Shown here piece by piece: positions 1 through 12,640 of a stretch of 64,000 bases of DNA. Within the stretch, counting starts at the first letter, position 1; every line of letters starts with the position of its first letter. This DNA is from Alphaproteobacteria bacterium (GTDB lineage Bacteria > Pseudomonadota > Alphaproteobacteria > MPNO01 > UBA830), in the NCBI GenBank assembly GCA_964291215.2, contig OZ219790.1:224001-288000 (forward strand), read 5' to 3'. A model generated the notes under the pieces. It saw only the letters and a list, made by a program, of their open reading frames with translations, was not told where the DNA came from and searched no databases. A program made the position numbers and the translations under genes.

Positions 1-996
1 TGCGCACTGCCACCCGAGGAGTGCGCCAAGATCTCCCAGCTTTGCAACGTTCCCGCCGACAATGTCATCAGCGCCCCCGATATCGAGACGATCTACGAGG
101 TTCCGATTTGTTATCACGACCAGGGTATGGACCGGCAACTGCTGCGCTATTTCGGGCTCGCCGATGACAAGCGCAAGCCCAATCTCAAGCGCTGGCGCCG
201 GGTCGTCAAACGCATCAGGAAGCCGGAACGCGAAATCACGATCGCCGTCGTAGGCAAGTACACCAGCCTGATCGATTCGTACAAGTCGCTCGTCGAGGCG
301 CTGGGCCACGGCGGTATCGCGAACAACGTTCGCGTCCGGCAGAAGTGGATCGACGCCGAAATATTCGAATCGGAGGACGCGGTACACCAGCTCGACGGTG
401 CCGAGGGGATCCTGGTTCCGGGCGGCTTTGGCGAACGTGGCGCCGAGGGCAAGATCGCAGCTGCCAGATTCGCGCGCGAACGCCGCGTGCCCTATTTCGG
501 GATATGCTTCGGAATGCAGATGGCCGTCATCGAAGCGGCGCGCAACCTCGCCGGCATCACGAGCGCGGGTTCGACCGAGTTCGGAGACTGCCCCGAGCCG
601 GTGGTCGGGCTGCTGACGGAATGGTTGCACGGCGGTCAGGTCGAGCGCCGCGATCACGATACCGATCTCGGCGGCACCATGCGCCTCGGCGCCTACGAAT
701 GCGATCTTCAGCCGAAGACCCGCGTACGCAAGATCTATCGCAAGAAGAGAATCAGCGAACGCCACCGACATCGCTACGAGGTGAACATCAACTATCGCAA
801 GCAACTGGAAAAGGTCGGTCTCTGTTTTTCCGGAATGTCGCCGGACGGCGTGCTTCCCGAGATCATCGAATTTCCGGAGCATCCCTGGTATGTCGGCGTG
901 CAGTTTCATCCCGAACTCAAGTCGCGGCCGTTCGAACCGCACCCCTTGTTCGCTTCCTTCATCGGGGCAGCAATCGAGCAGTCGCACCTGGTCTAG
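1..996 (+). CDS. pyrG: CTP synthase, 5'-truncated by window edge
   Basis: Frame is open from base 1. GATase motifs [24 protein letters not shown] and QFHPE are present; gene lies upstream of kdsA-eno. Confidence 0.97.
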   Translation, partial: CALPPEECAKISQLCNVPADNVISAPDIETIYEVPICYHDQGMDRQLLRYFGLADDKRKPNLKRWRRVVKRIRKPEREITIAVVGKYTSLIDSYKSLVEALGHGGIANNVRVRQKWIDAEIFESEDAVHQLDGAEGILVPGGFGERGAEGKIAAARFARERRVPYFGICFGMQMAVIEAARNLAGITSAGSTEFGDCPEPVVGLLTEWLHGGQVERRDHDTDLGGTMRLGAYECDLQPKTRVRKIYRKKRISERHRHRYEVNINYRKQLEKVGLCFSGMSPDGVLPEIIEFPEHPWYVGVQFHPELKSRPFEPHPLFASFIGAAIEQSHLV

Positions 997-1008
997 ACGG
1001 GGCGCGCA

Positions 1009-1848
1009 ATGGAGCGAATACGTTTCGAGACCGGCGAATTCACCGTCGCCAACGACGCGCCGATGGCGCTGATCGCCGGGCCCTGCGCGCTGGAAAGCCG
1101 CGAACATGCGATGGAGATGTCAGCGGCGCTGACGGAAATCACCGCCCGGCTTGGCATCGGTCTGATCTACAAGACTTCCTTCGACAAGGCCAACAGGACC
1201 TCGACCGACAGCCCCCGCGGTCTCGGCCTCGACGAAAGCCTGCCCATCCTCGCGGAAATCCGCGAGGCCCGGGGCTGCCCGGTGCTGACGGATGTCCATC
1301 TTCCCGAGCAGTGTGCGCCGGTAGCGGAAGCCGTCGACGTGTTGCAAATCCCCGCTTTCCTGTGCCGCCAGACAGATCTCGTGGTCGCCGCAGCCCGCAC
1401 CGGCAGGCCGCTCAACATCAAGAAAGGCCAGTTTCTCGCGCCATGGGACATGGGTCATGTCGCCGACAAGGCGCGGGCGGCGGGCAACGCCAAGGTCATG
1501 CTCTGCGAACGCGGCGTTTCGTTTGGCTACAACATGCTGGTTTCCGACATGCGCGCGCTTCCTGAGATGGCGCGAACCGGTTATCCCGTCGTGTTCGACG
1601 CCACCCACTCGGTGATGCTTCCCGGCGGCCGGGGCGCCGTGTCCGGCGGCCAGCGGGAGCATGTTCCCGTGCTCGCCCGCGCGGCCGTCGCCGTCGGCGT
1701 CGCGGCAATTTTCATGGAAACCCACCAGGACCCCGACAGGGCACCTTCCGACGGCCCCAACATGATCGTCCTGCGCGAACTGGCGGCAATCCTCGAGACG
1801 CTTGTCGAGCTCGACCGGCTGGCAAAGGCGCGCCCGCTCCGCATCTGA
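1009..1848 (+). CDS. kdsA: KDO 8-phosphate synthase
   Basis: [40 protein letters not shown] and SDGPN motifs. Confidence 0.97.
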   Translation: MERIRFETGEFTVANDAPMALIAGPCALESREHAMEMSAALTEITARLGIGLIYKTSFDKANRTSTDSPRGLGLDESLPILAEIREARGCPVLTDVHLPEQCAPVAEAVDVLQIPAFLCRQTDLVVAAARTGRPLNIKKGQFLAPWDMGHVADKARAAGNAKVMLCERGVSFGYNMLVSDMRALPEMARTGYPVVFDATHSVMLPGGRGAVSGGQREHVPVLARAAVAVGVAAIFMETHQDPDRAPSDGPNMIVLRELAAILETLVELDRLAKARPLRI

Positions 1849-1889
1849 GCACAACGCCAGCGAGGCTGCGTTGCCGGACCGGCAGACAG

Positions 1890-3252
<1,363 letters not shown>

Positions 3253-3320
3253 GTTGTTGAAGGACCGGCCCGAACGGTGCGCTGTCTCGCTCAAAACCCG
3301 ACAATGGCTGCGCCCGGCGC

Positions 3321-3349
3321 TTGACTTGAGCACGATCTGCACGTTTAAT
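3321..3349 (+). promoter_or_regulatory. Putative sigma70 promoter of the cox-like operon
   Basis: TTGACT-N17-TTTAAT, about 120 bp upstream of coxS. Confidence 0.5.
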
Positions 3350-3467
3350 GTGTGCGGGCAACGAGCCCTAACCCGAACCCGCGTTGACGGCTGCAGAGCG
3401 GTGCGAGCCACCGCACCCGGCGGCTGGCATGTTTGCGCGCCACCACGACAGTTTCTTGGAGGAGCCC

Positions 3468-3944
<477 letters not shown>

Positions 3945-4019
3945 CCGCCGGCCAGCCGCCGGTGCGCAGTCATCGCCGCGCCCCGGAACCGCCATACGCC
4001 AAGGGAAAGAGTTCAAGCC

Positions 4020-4817
4020 ATGTACGACTTCAACTACAAGCGCGCTACATCCGTCGAAGATGCGACATCGAGCGCTTCCGCCGCCGAGGAAGGCAAGTTC
4101 GTGGCGGGCGGCATGACCTTGCTGCCGACCCTGAAGATGCGCCTCGCCAAGCCATCGGACCTTATCGATCTTGCCGATCTCGACGACCTCGTCGGCATCT
4201 CGGTCACCGCGACCGAGGTAACCATCGGCGCCATGACCCCGCACGCCGTGGTCAACGCGTCTTCCGAGGTTCAGTCGGCCATTCCCGCGCTTGCGAAGCT
4301 CGCCGGCCTGATTGGCGATCCCATGGTCCGCAACCGCGGTACCATCGGTGGTTCGATCTCCAACAACGATCCCGCTGCCGACTATCCCTCGGCAGTCGTT
4401 GGCCTCGGCGCGACTGTGCACACGACCAAGCGCAAGATTGTCGGCGACGACTTCTTCACCGGCCTGTTCGAGACGGCGCTTGAGGAGGACGAGCTGGTTA
4501 CCAGTGTCGTCTTCCCGATCCCCGACAAGGCCGGCTACATGAAGTTTCCGAATCCAGCCTCTCGCTACGCCATCGTCGGCGCCTTCGTCAGCCAGGGCAG
4601 TCAGGGCGCACGCGCCGCAATCACTGGCGCCGGGCCCTGCGTGTTCCGTGTCCCCGAGATGGAAGCCGCGCTCGCCGAGAGTTTCACCCCCGAAGCCGTG
4701 GCGAACATCAAGATCACCGATGACGATCTCAACAGCGACATTCACGCCAGCGCCGAATACCGGGCTCATCTCGTCACCGTCATGGCCAAGCGCGCAGTCG
4801 CGGAGGCCGTCGGCTGA
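4020..4817 (+). CDS. coxM: FAD-binding medium subunit
   Basis: AGGMTLLP, RNRGTIGGS, NNDPAADYP and KFPNPASRYA motifs. Confidence 0.92.
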   Translation: MYDFNYKRATSVEDATSSASAAEEGKFVAGGMTLLPTLKMRLAKPSDLIDLADLDDLVGISVTATEVTIGAMTPHAVVNASSEVQSAIPALAKLAGLIGDPMVRNRGTIGGSISNNDPAADYPSAVVGLGATVHTTKRKIVGDDFFTGLFETALEEDELVTSVVFPIPDKAGYMKFPNPASRYAIVGAFVSQGSQGARAAITGAGPCVFRVPEMEAALAESFTPEAVANIKITDDDLNSDIHASAEYRAHLVTVMAKRAVAEAVG

Positions 4818-4934
4818 AGGTGGTGGAGGCCACTTCCCCGGCATCGGCTCCGGTTCCAATGGTGCCACAGTGTCCGCGACGGACCGGCGTGGGCCGTTCC
4901 GTGGGCCGCGATGGGCACACTTCCGGTTGAGCGC

Positions 4935-5855
4935 ATGACAGAACACGACTCCTCCTCCGTCGACAATGTTGTCGAAATGCTGCGCTCCGCAAACTATGTT
5001 GCCGACCGATCGCTGGCCACGGCCCTGTTCCTGTCGCTCAGGCTTGGCCGACCCCTGTTCCTCGAGGGCGAGGCCGGGGTCGGCAAGACCGAGATCGGCA
5101 ACGTGCTCTCGAGAACCCTGGGCCGCCGCCTGATCCGCCTGCAGTGCTACGAGGGGCTCGACGTGTCCTCGGCCGTTTACGAATGGAACTACGCGATGCA
5201 GATGATCGACATCCGCATTGCGGAGGCGACCGGCAAGCAGGATCGCGAGCAGATCGAAGACGGTATCTTTTCCGAGCGTTTCCTCATCAAGCGGCCGCTC
5301 CTGCAAGCCCTGAAGGAAGACTCTCCGGGTCGGCCACCCGTCCTGCTGATCGACGAGCTCGACCGCACCGACGAGCCGTTCGAAGCCTTCCTTCTCGAAG
5401 TGCTCTCCGACTTCCAGGTTACAATCCCCGAGATCGGCACGGTGCAGGCCGCCGAGCCGCCGGTGGTCGTGATCACCTCGAACCGGACGCGGGAGATTCA
5501 CGATGCCATCAAGCGTCGGTGCTTCTATTTCTGGGTCGACTATCCGGATGCCGCCCGCGAGCTCGAGATCCTGAAGCTCAAGGTTCCCGACGCCGCCGAG
5601 GAACTTTCGCGCCAGGTGGTGGCCTTCGTCCAGCAGCTTCGGAGCCGGGAGCTTTTCAAGTTGCCCGGCGTCGCCGAGACCATCGACTGGACCAACGCGC
5701 TCCTTCAGCTCGACAAGATCGATCTCGATCCCGAGACCGTGAACTCCTCGCTAGGTGTGCTTCTCAAGTATCAGGACGACATCGAGAAGATCCGCGGCAG
5801 CGAGGCAGCGCGGATTCTCGACGAGGTGCGAACCGGCGTGGCGGCCGGCGCGTAG
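4935..5855 (+). CDS. coxD: MoxR-family AAA+ ATPase
   Basis: Walker A GEAGVGKT, LQCYEGLD, Walker B LLIDELDR and ITSNRTRE. Confidence 0.88.
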   Translation: MTEHDSSSVDNVVEMLRSANYVADRSLATALFLSLRLGRPLFLEGEAGVGKTEIGNVLSRTLGRRLIRLQCYEGLDVSSAVYEWNYAMQMIDIRIAEATGKQDREQIEDGIFSERFLIKRPLLQALKEDSPGRPPVLLIDELDRTDEPFEAFLLEVLSDFQVTIPEIGTVQAAEPPVVVITSNRTREIHDAIKRRCFYFWVDYPDAARELEILKLKVPDAAEELSRQVVAFVQQLRSRELFKLPGVAETIDWTNALLQLDKIDLDPETVNSSLGVLLKYQDDIEKIRGSEAARILDEVRTGVAAGA

Positions 5856-5872
5856 GCGCGGGCCGCGCGGCC

Positions 5873-7141
5873 ATGGCAGAAATCCTCGACGCTTCGGCGC
5901 TACAGCGCCTGCCTGGTCTCCAGCTTCTCGACCAGCTCGAGGGCAACCGGCTCGCTCCGAACATCATGCATTTCGGACGCGTCCTGCGCGCCGCAGGCAT
6001 GCCGGTCGGCCCCGGCAAGATCATCGACGCGACCAACGCGGTGGTTACCGTCGGGATCCGCAACCGCGGCGATTTCTACTGGGCCTTGCACGCTGTTTTC
6101 GTGAACCGTCAGGACCAGCACGAGCTCTTCGATCAGGCATTCCATATTTTCTGGAAGGACCCTCGACTCCTTGAGCGGATGATGGGCATTCTCCTGCCAC
6201 AGATCGACGCCGGAGATGCGCCGCTCCCGGAGGAGCAGCCGATGCGCCGACTGCAGGACGCCTTCAACCCGCCCGCGGACGACCACCCGCATCGGGAAGA
6301 GGAGAAGGAGATCAGCGTTGACGCCGTGATGACGGCATCGCGCCGCGAGCTTCTGCAGTCGATGGATTTCGAAGAGATGACAGTCGACGAGATCGAGGCC
6401 GCGAAGCGGGCGATTTCCCGGATGCGGCTGCCGATATCCGAAGTACCCGTGCGCCGCCAGAGACCGAGCCGCCGGCGCGCCCGTATCGACATGCGCGCGA
6501 CGCTTCGCGCCGCTCTCCGCTCCGGCGGCGCCTCCATTCCGTTGCGCTACCGGGAGCGTCGTACGCGGCCACCGCCCGTTGTTATCATGTGCGACATCTC
6601 CGGCTCGATGAGCCGATACACCCGCATGTTCCTGCACTTCATGCATGCGCTGACCAATGATCGCGACCGGGTCCACACGTTTCTGTTCGGCACCCGCCTG
6701 ACCAATATCACGCGCCATCTGAGGAACCGCGACATCGATATCGCGCTTGAGCGGGTTACCGGCGCCGTCGAGGACTGGTCAGGCGGCACGCGGATCGGCG
6801 ACAGCCTGCACGACTTCAACCGCTTCTGGTCGCGCCGCGTGCTCGGCCAGGGCGCCATCGTTCTCCTGATTTCCGATGGGCTGGACCGGAACGCCGGGCG
6901 CGGCCTCGGCAAGGAGGTCGAGCGGCTGCACCGCTCCTGCCGCCGCCTGGTATGGCTCAACCCCCTGCTGCGCTTCGAGGGCTTCGAGCCCCGGAGCCGC
7001 GGCATCCAGGCCATACTGCCATCCGTTGACGAATTTCGCCCAGTGCATAATCTTCAGAGCCTATCGGAACTCATCGAGGCCCTGAGCCGTCAGGCCGGGC
7101 CCAGAAAAGAGGGAGTGCAGGAATGGCTGACGGCGATCTAG
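5873..7141 (+). CDS. coxE: VWA-domain CoxE-like protein
   Basis: MIDAS DISGSM, WSGGTRIG, ISDGLD and WLNPL; follows the MoxR ATPase. Confidence 0.88.
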   Translation: MAEILDASALQRLPGLQLLDQLEGNRLAPNIMHFGRVLRAAGMPVGPGKIIDATNAVVTVGIRNRGDFYWALHAVFVNRQDQHELFDQAFHIFWKDPRLLERMMGILLPQIDAGDAPLPEEQPMRRLQDAFNPPADDHPHREEEKEISVDAVMTASRRELLQSMDFEEMTVDEIEAAKRAISRMRLPISEVPVRRQRPSRRRARIDMRATLRAALRSGGASIPLRYRERRTRPPPVVIMCDISGSMSRYTRMFLHFMHALTNDRDRVHTFLFGTRLTNITRHLRNRDIDIALERVTGAVEDWSGGTRIGDSLHDFNRFWSRRVLGQGAIVLLISDGLDRNAGRGLGKEVERLHRSCRRLVWLNPLLRFEGFEPRSRGIQAILPSVDEFRPVHNLQSLSELIEALSRQAGPRKEGVQEWLTAI

Positions 7142-7467
7142 GCAGCGTCTCCAGCGACGACAATGTCCTCGGCGAGGCCAGGGCATGGCTCGACGCGGGA
7201 CGCAGCGTCGCGCTCGCTACCGTCGTGTCAACCTGGGGATCCTCGCCCCGGCCCACTGGGAGCCACCTCGCCGTCGACGGCAACGGCAAGATCGTCGGTT
7301 CGGTCTCCGGTGGCTGCATCGAGGGTGCCGTCGTCACCGAGGCCCTTGAAGTCATGAAGACCGGAAAGCCGAAGCTTCTCGAATACGGCGTGACCAACGA
7401 GCTTGCGTGGGAAGTCGGGCTGGCCTGCGGCGGCAGGATCCAGGTCTATGTCGAGAATCTCGAATGA
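7123..7467 (+). CDS. xdhC: XdhC/CoxF-family protein, N-terminal domain
   Basis: TWGSSPRP, GSVSGGCIE and GLACGG motifs. Confidence 0.85.
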   Translation: MADGDLGSVSSDDNVLGEARAWLDAGRSVALATVVSTWGSSPRPTGSHLAVDGNGKIVGSVSGGCIEGAVVTEALEVMKTGKPKLLEYGVTNELAWEVGLACGGRIQVYVENLE

Positions 7468-8171
7468 AACGCAAAATCCTAGAAGCGCTTCTTGGCGACC
7501 AGGAGGCGAAGACCGCCGTCGCCCTCGTCACCGATCTCGATTCCGGGCTGCAGACCCTCGTCTATCACGACAATGCCGCAGGATCGGACGCCGGGAATGC
7601 CGACATCGTCGCGCGCGCGCGCGCAACGTTGCGCAAAGACCGCAGCAAGCTCCACGAAATCGAGAACCGCAGGATATTCGTGGAGGTCCAGAATCCGCCC
7701 AAGCGCCTGATCATCGTCGGCGCCGTCCACATTGCCCAGCCATTGTCGCGCATGGCGTCGGTCTCCGGCTATGACGTGACCGTCATCGACCCCCGCGCCT
7801 CGTTCGCCACTGACGAACGCTTCCCCGGAATTACGCTGAACTCCGACTGGCCGGACGATGCAATGCGCGCACTCGACCCCGACCGGCGTACCGCGGTGGT
7901 TACCCTGACCCACGATCCCAAGCTTGATGATCCCGGACTCGAGGTCGCGCTGCGTTCTCCGGCTTTCTACGTTGGCGCTCTCGGAAGCCGCAAGACCCAT
8001 GGCGCACGGGTCGAGCGGCTGACCGCTGCCGGTTTTACCGAAACCGAGCTCGCGCGCATCCACGCGCCGGTGGGACTCGATATCGGCGCGGTATCGCCGG
8101 CGGAAATCGCCGTGGCAGTGCTCGCGCAGATCACCGATGTGCTTCATCGGAAGGCCGGAACCCCCGCTTGA
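7464..8171 (+). CDS. xdhC: XdhC/CoxI-family protein, C-terminal Rossmann domain
   Basis: VGAVHIAQ, LTHDPKLDD, YVGALGSR and PVGLDIGA; ATGA overlap with the upstream gene. Confidence 0.85.
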   Translation: MKRKILEALLGDQEAKTAVALVTDLDSGLQTLVYHDNAAGSDAGNADIVARARATLRKDRSKLHEIENRRIFVEVQNPPKRLIIVGAVHIAQPLSRMASVSGYDVTVIDPRASFATDERFPGITLNSDWPDDAMRALDPDRRTAVVTLTHDPKLDDPGLEVALRSPAFYVGALGSRKTHGARVERLTAAGFTETELARIHAPVGLDIGAVSPAEIAVAVLAQITDVLHRKAGTPA

Positions 8172-8181
8172 CGCCGATGCA

Positions 8182-9810
8182 ATGGAATTCGGCGAAACAC
8201 ATCCACGGGATGCCCTCGGCAGCGTTCTCGCCCACACCGTTCATCTCGGAGACGGCGTCATCAGGAAGGGACGGGTCCTGGAGGCCGCGGACATCGCCCG
8301 GTTGGTGGCGGCCGGATACGATCGCATAACAGTCGCCAGACCTGGTCCCGATGACCTCGCCGAAAACGAGGCTGCCAGGATGGTCGCCGAAGGCCTTGCC
8401 CTGCGTGGGCTCGAGGCCTCGGATGCGACCACCGGCCGCGCCAACCTGCGGGCCCGGGCATCCGGCCTCCTCCTTGTGAACCCCTATCGGGTCCATCAGC
8501 TGAACCGAGTCCATGAAGCCGTCACCCTCGCGACTGCAGCGCCATGGGCCGTCCTTGAGCGCAGGAAGATCGCTGCCACCGTGAAGATCATCACCTTCGG
8601 CGTGCCGGAGCAGATCATCCGCAACTGGCTCGACATCGCCCGCCGCTACCCGCCGGCGGTGCGGCTCAAGCCGTTCCGCGCGCGCAAGGTGGCCCTGGTG
8701 CAGACAACCGTTCCGGGCCACAAGGAAGCCGTGCTCGACAAGGCGCGGCGGACCACTGAGGCGCGGCTTGAGCCGCTCGGCTCCGCGCTCGCCGAGGAAC
8801 GGCGCTGCGCCCACGCAGCAGCGGACATCGCCGCCCACCTCGCCGAACTCGCCGAAGGTGGATGCGACATAGCGTTGGTGTTTGGCGCGTCGGCGATCGC
8901 CGACCGCCTCGATGTCGTGCCGCGGGCGGTCACGCTCGCCGGCGGCAGAATCGAGCATTTCGGAATGCCGGTTGACCCCGGCCATCTGACGCTTTTGGCG
9001 AGCCTCGGGTCGATGTCCGTGCTCGGCCTGCCCGGCTCGGCGCGTTCGCCTCGGCCGCACGGTTTCGACCGGATCCTTCAGAGGCTGGCCGCCGGCGTCC
9101 GCGTACGCCCCGACGACATCACGCGCATGGGTGTCGGCGGGCTGCTCAAGGAGGTCCCCGGCCGCCCTATGCCGCGCGACCCCGACCTCTTGCACCGCGG
9201 TGGCAAGCAACGCGTTGCGGGAGTTATCCTGGCGGCAGGTCAGTCGCGGCGCATGGGCCGCGTGAACAAGATGCTGGCCGAAGTCGACGGGAAGCCGATG
9301 ATCGTCCACGCTGCGCGGGCGATGCTGGCAAGCCGCGCCAACCCCGTGGTCGTCGTGCTCGGCCATGAACCCGACGACGTGCGCCGCGCACTCCGGGGCA
9401 TGAATATCCGCTTCGTCCACAACCCCGGGTTCGCGGCCGGGCTCAGTACCTCGCTGCGCGCCGGCCTCGAGGCGTTGCCCGCCGAGGCGGCAGGCGCGGT
9501 CATCGCGCTCGGCGACATGCCGCGCGTCGCAGCGGCCGACATCGACGCTCTCATCGATGCGTTCGAGCCCGACGAAGGCTCCACCATCTGCGTGCCAACC
9601 CACGACGGCAAGCGCGGCAACCCGGTGCTCTGGGCGCGCCGTTACTTCCTGGAGATGGCAGCGGTCTCTGGCGATGTCGGCGCACGGTCGCTGATCGGAG
9701 AGAACGCCGACCAGGTGCTCGAGGTACCGCGCGGCAATCCTGGCGTGCTTCTCGATCTCGACACGCCCAACGCCCTCCGCGCCCACGCAGAGCAGGAGGC
9801 CGGCAGCTGA
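8182..9810 (+). CDS. Molybdopterin-binding / molybdenum cofactor cytidylyltransferase (MocA-like) fusion
   Basis: N-terminal MoeA-like region (GMPVDPG, GLPG) plus C-terminal NTP transferase (ILAAGQSRRMG, LGDMP, RGNPVL, GDVGAR). Confidence 0.85.
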   Translation: MEFGETHPRDALGSVLAHTVHLGDGVIRKGRVLEAADIARLVAAGYDRITVARPGPDDLAENEAARMVAEGLALRGLEASDATTGRANLRARASGLLLVNPYRVHQLNRVHEAVTLATAAPWAVLERRKIAATVKIITFGVPEQIIRNWLDIARRYPPAVRLKPFRARKVALVQTTVPGHKEAVLDKARRTTEARLEPLGSALAEERRCAHAAADIAAHLAELAEGGCDIALVFGASAIADRLDVVPRAVTLAGGRIEHFGMPVDPGHLTLLASLGSMSVLGLPGSARSPRPHGFDRILQRLAAGVRVRPDDITRMGVGGLLKEVPGRPMPRDPDLLHRGGKQRVAGVILAAGQSRRMGRVNKMLAEVDGKPMIVHAARAMLASRANPVVVVLGHEPDDVRRALRGMNIRFVHNPGFAAGLSTSLRAGLEALPAEAAGAVIALGDMPRVAAADIDALIDAFEPDEGSTICVPTHDGKRGNPVLWARRYFLEMAAVSGDVGARSLIGENADQVLEVPRGNPGVLLDLDTPNALRAHAEQEAGS

Positions 9811-9822
9811 GCCGTCGCGCGG

Positions 9823-10626
9823 CTAGGCGGCAAGCGCGCTCCGCCCAGCCTCGGTTTCGAGATAGCTTGCCGGCAGTTCGCGGAAATCGGTCATCAGTGA
9901 TCCGAAACCCTCGACGATGTCCTCGAATCCATTGGCGCGCATGGCGTACCAATAGGTTGCGGTATTGATTGCAAGGACCGGCTTTTTCAGCCATTTTTCG
10001 GCTTCGCCGGCAAGTGCCGCCATGGCCAGATTGGTACCGACCTGGACGATGGCCTCGGGGTCGTGCTCGTTGAGCTCGATCAGCCCTTCGCGTAACTCGC
10101 TTTCGGTCACCTGCGCGATGTTCGCCGGACTGTCGCACTTGAGGCCCTTGATCGCGACGACCTCGAAACCGCAATCTTCGAAGAACTTCTGGACGTTGCG
10201 GTCGCCGACCGGCCAGTAGGGCGTGAGAACGCAGATTCGGCGGATGTCGCCGTAACACCGAAGCGCCGCCTGACAGGCGTCCGAGCCCATCGCAACGCCG
10301 CGCCCCGCCAACTCCTTGACGCGTTCACGGAGTTCGATGGACTGGGCGAGCCCGTCCCAGAAGGTCTCGGCCGACATGCCCATCACGATGTAGTCCGGGT
10401 TGCAGGTGATGACGCGCAGGATCGCATTGTCGAACTCGCTGCGGATGTTGTTCATCAGCGCGTTGAATTCCTCGTCCGAATTCACGGGATCATCGGGGAT
10501 CCAGATGCGTACGGTATGATTGGTCACGCCGCGCGGACGCATGTCGTCGAATTCGGGCTGCACGGCGGTGTTGGTGGAAGGTACGATGACAGCCCAGTTG
10601 GCCCTGTATCCGAGGGAATCGGTCAT
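9823..10626 (-). CDS. Asp/Glu racemase-superfamily protein (arylmalonate decarboxylase / maleate isomerase-like)
   Basis: VPSTNT..PE, LTPY, GTNL and PVLAINTA motifs. Confidence 0.8.
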   Translation of the reverse strand: MTDSLGYRANWAVIVPSTNTAVQPEFDDMRPRGVTNHTVRIWIPDDPVNSDEEFNALMNNIRSEFDNAILRVITCNPDYIVMGMSAETFWDGLAQSIELRERVKELAGRGVAMGSDACQAALRCYGDIRRICVLTPYWPVGDRNVQKFFEDCGFEVVAIKGLKCDSPANIAQVTESELREGLIELNEHDPEAIVQVGTNLAMAALAGEAEKWLKKPVLAINTATYWYAMRANGFEDIVEGFGSLMTDFRELPASYLETEAGRSALAA

Positions 10627-11318
10627 TTCTCGCCTTCTCCCTTGTCGCGGCCCGAACGTATGCGCGCCTGACCCGGCGCCAGTTTCTCAAGCTCGTCGAG
10701 AACCTCTTCGAGCGACATCACGTCGCCGTATTTCTGGTCGATGTCGAAGAGATTGGCCTCGTGTGGGCCGGCAGCCCGGTCGCCCGAGCATTCGCGCGGT
10801 ACAATCGGCCTGAAACCGTTCGACATCGCGTCGACAACAGTAGCCCGCACGCAACCGGATGTCGTGCAACCGGTGACGATCGCGGTGTCGACGCCGCGGC
10901 GCGCCAACCACGCGGCAAGGTCGGTATGAGCAAAACCCGACGGGTAGTGCTTCGCGATGATCCTTTCGCCCTCGCGCGGCGCCAGCTCGTCGACGACTTC
11001 GGTCTCGCGGGACCCCGGCTTCAGCTTCGCAAGCCCCGGAGACTTGAGGTTGAAGATTCCATCGTCGCTGCCGTCCTCGGCATAGACATGGGTCGTGTAG
11101 ACGACGGGAAGGTCCATGTGGCGGGCAACATCGAGAAGTTCCGCGGTGCGGTCTATCGCCTCACCGATATTGCCGCCGCCAAACTGGTCGGGATCGTTGA
11201 ATCCGTTGATGAAGTCGATGATCAGGAGAGCGGGTGATGTCCCGAAGCCGACACGGCCCCCGAAACCCTGGCGCTCGTAGACGGCGACATCCTCCCACTC
11301 GTGCGGTCCGTCGGTCAT
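10623..11318 (-). CDS. Isochorismatase-family amidohydrolase (NicF / N-carbamoylsarcosine amidase-like)
   Basis: PALLIIDF, K..PSGF, GCTTSGCVRATVVDA and HEANLFDI..KYGDV motifs. Confidence 0.88.
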   Translation of the reverse strand: MTDGPHEWEDVAVYERQGFGGRVGFGTSPALLIIDFINGFNDPDQFGGGNIGEAIDRTAELLDVARHMDLPVVYTTHVYAEDGSDDGIFNLKSPGLAKLKPGSRETEVVDELAPREGERIIAKHYPSGFAHTDLAAWLARRGVDTAIVTGCTTSGCVRATVVDAMSNGFRPIVPRECSGDRAAGPHEANLFDIDQKYGDVMSLEEVLDELEKLAPGQARIRSGRDKGEGEK

Positions 11319-11407
11319 ATAACTTTCCTTCTTACGGCGCGGGCAGGATCGTCCACGGCCGACGTTATTCTATCGGCTCGGTCATGGATGGCAATTCGCT
11401 CGCGGCC

Positions 11408-12526
11408 TCACCCGAGGATCTCGGCGATGATCTGGCGGAACTCTTCGCGCGTCGGCACCACCGGAGCGGCGAGATTGAAGTGGCTGGCAAGCGCGTTCTC
11501 GCTCATCTCTCCGAGATCGTTCCCCCCGTAACCCATCTCGCGGAGCGATGCCGGAAGGCCGAGCCGGTTGTTAATTTCCTCGATGCCTGCGGCGACATCG
11601 GGTTTTCCGGCAAGGCCCATGGCCGCCGCGATCTCGGTCAGCCGCGGCGCAAGGTGCGGCTCGTAGAAGCGGACGACCGCGGGCACACTCGCGGTGACGA
11701 GCATGCCGTGGTGGAGGTCGGCGTCGCCGAAGGTGTTGGCCAGGGCGTGCACGGGGCCAAGCCCCTTGTAGATCGCGAACCCGCCCTGGAGCGCTGCCAT
11801 CGCCATGTGCCAGCGCGCCTCCCGGTCCGAACCGTTCCTGACCGCCCGCTCGACATGGGCGACGACGCGCCGGATCCCGTCGAGGGCGACGACGGCGCCC
11901 GGAGGATCGTCCTTCTTCGAGACATAGGCCTCCAGGCAGTGGCCGAAGGCATCCATGCCAGTCGCCGCGGTGAGCAGCGGCGGCAAGGTCAGCGTCAACT
12001 CGGGATCGCAGATCGCGGCGTCCGGCTTGATGTGCAGCGAGCGCAGTCCCAGCGCCCGCGTCTCGGGATCGGGATGGATACCGCCACCCATCGTAATTTC
12101 CGCGCCAGTGCCGGCCGTGGTCGGTACCGTCACCAGCGGCGCCACTGCGGTGCTGATTCGCGCCGGATCCCGCAGATAGTCGAATAGCGGGCCCGGATGC
12201 GTTGCTGCGACACGCACCCCCTTGCCCGCATCCATCACCGAGCCACCGCCGACGGCAACGACCCCGTCGCAGCCGTGCTCCCGATAGGCCTCGGCTGCCG
12301 CTTCGACGCCTGCGACCGTCGGGTTGGGCGGAATCCCGTCGAATACGATCCTCTCCATGCCGGACGGCAGCGCGTCAAGCGCCCTGGCCAGAACGCCATG
12401 CTCAACGAGCCCCTCGTCGGTAAGCATCAACGGTCGGCCCACGCCGAGGGTGGCAAGTTCCGCGCCGATGGCACGGATGGCGCCGAACTCGAACCGGACC
12501 CTTGGAAGCCCGAGAAGTTCAACCAT
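11408..12526 (-). CDS. Iron-containing alcohol dehydrogenase
   Basis: VGGGSVMDAGK, VPTTAGTGAE, GMDAFGHCLE and HHG motifs. Confidence 0.9.
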   Translation of the reverse strand: MVELLGLPRVRFEFGAIRAIGAELATLGVGRPLMLTDEGLVEHGVLARALDALPSGMERIVFDGIPPNPTVAGVEAAAEAYREHGCDGVVAVGGGSVMDAGKGVRVAATHPGPLFDYLRDPARISTAVAPLVTVPTTAGTGAEITMGGGIHPDPETRALGLRSLHIKPDAAICDPELTLTLPPLLTAATGMDAFGHCLEAYVSKKDDPPGAVVALDGIRRVVAHVERAVRNGSDREARWHMAMAALQGGFAIYKGLGPVHALANTFGDADLHHGMLVTASVPAVVRFYEPHLAPRLTEIAAAMGLAGKPDVAAGIEEINNRLGLPASLREMGYGGNDLGEMSENALASHFNLAAPVVPTREEFRQIIAEILG

Positions 12527-12640
12527 CTGCCCTTTCCTCGCTTCCTAGTATGACAGGGCGCCGTTCTCCGGGATTACGGAGACCGAAATAGAAGCATAGC
12601 ACGGACCAGCTCCGCGGCGGCGACCGTTTCCGGCGCCTGC

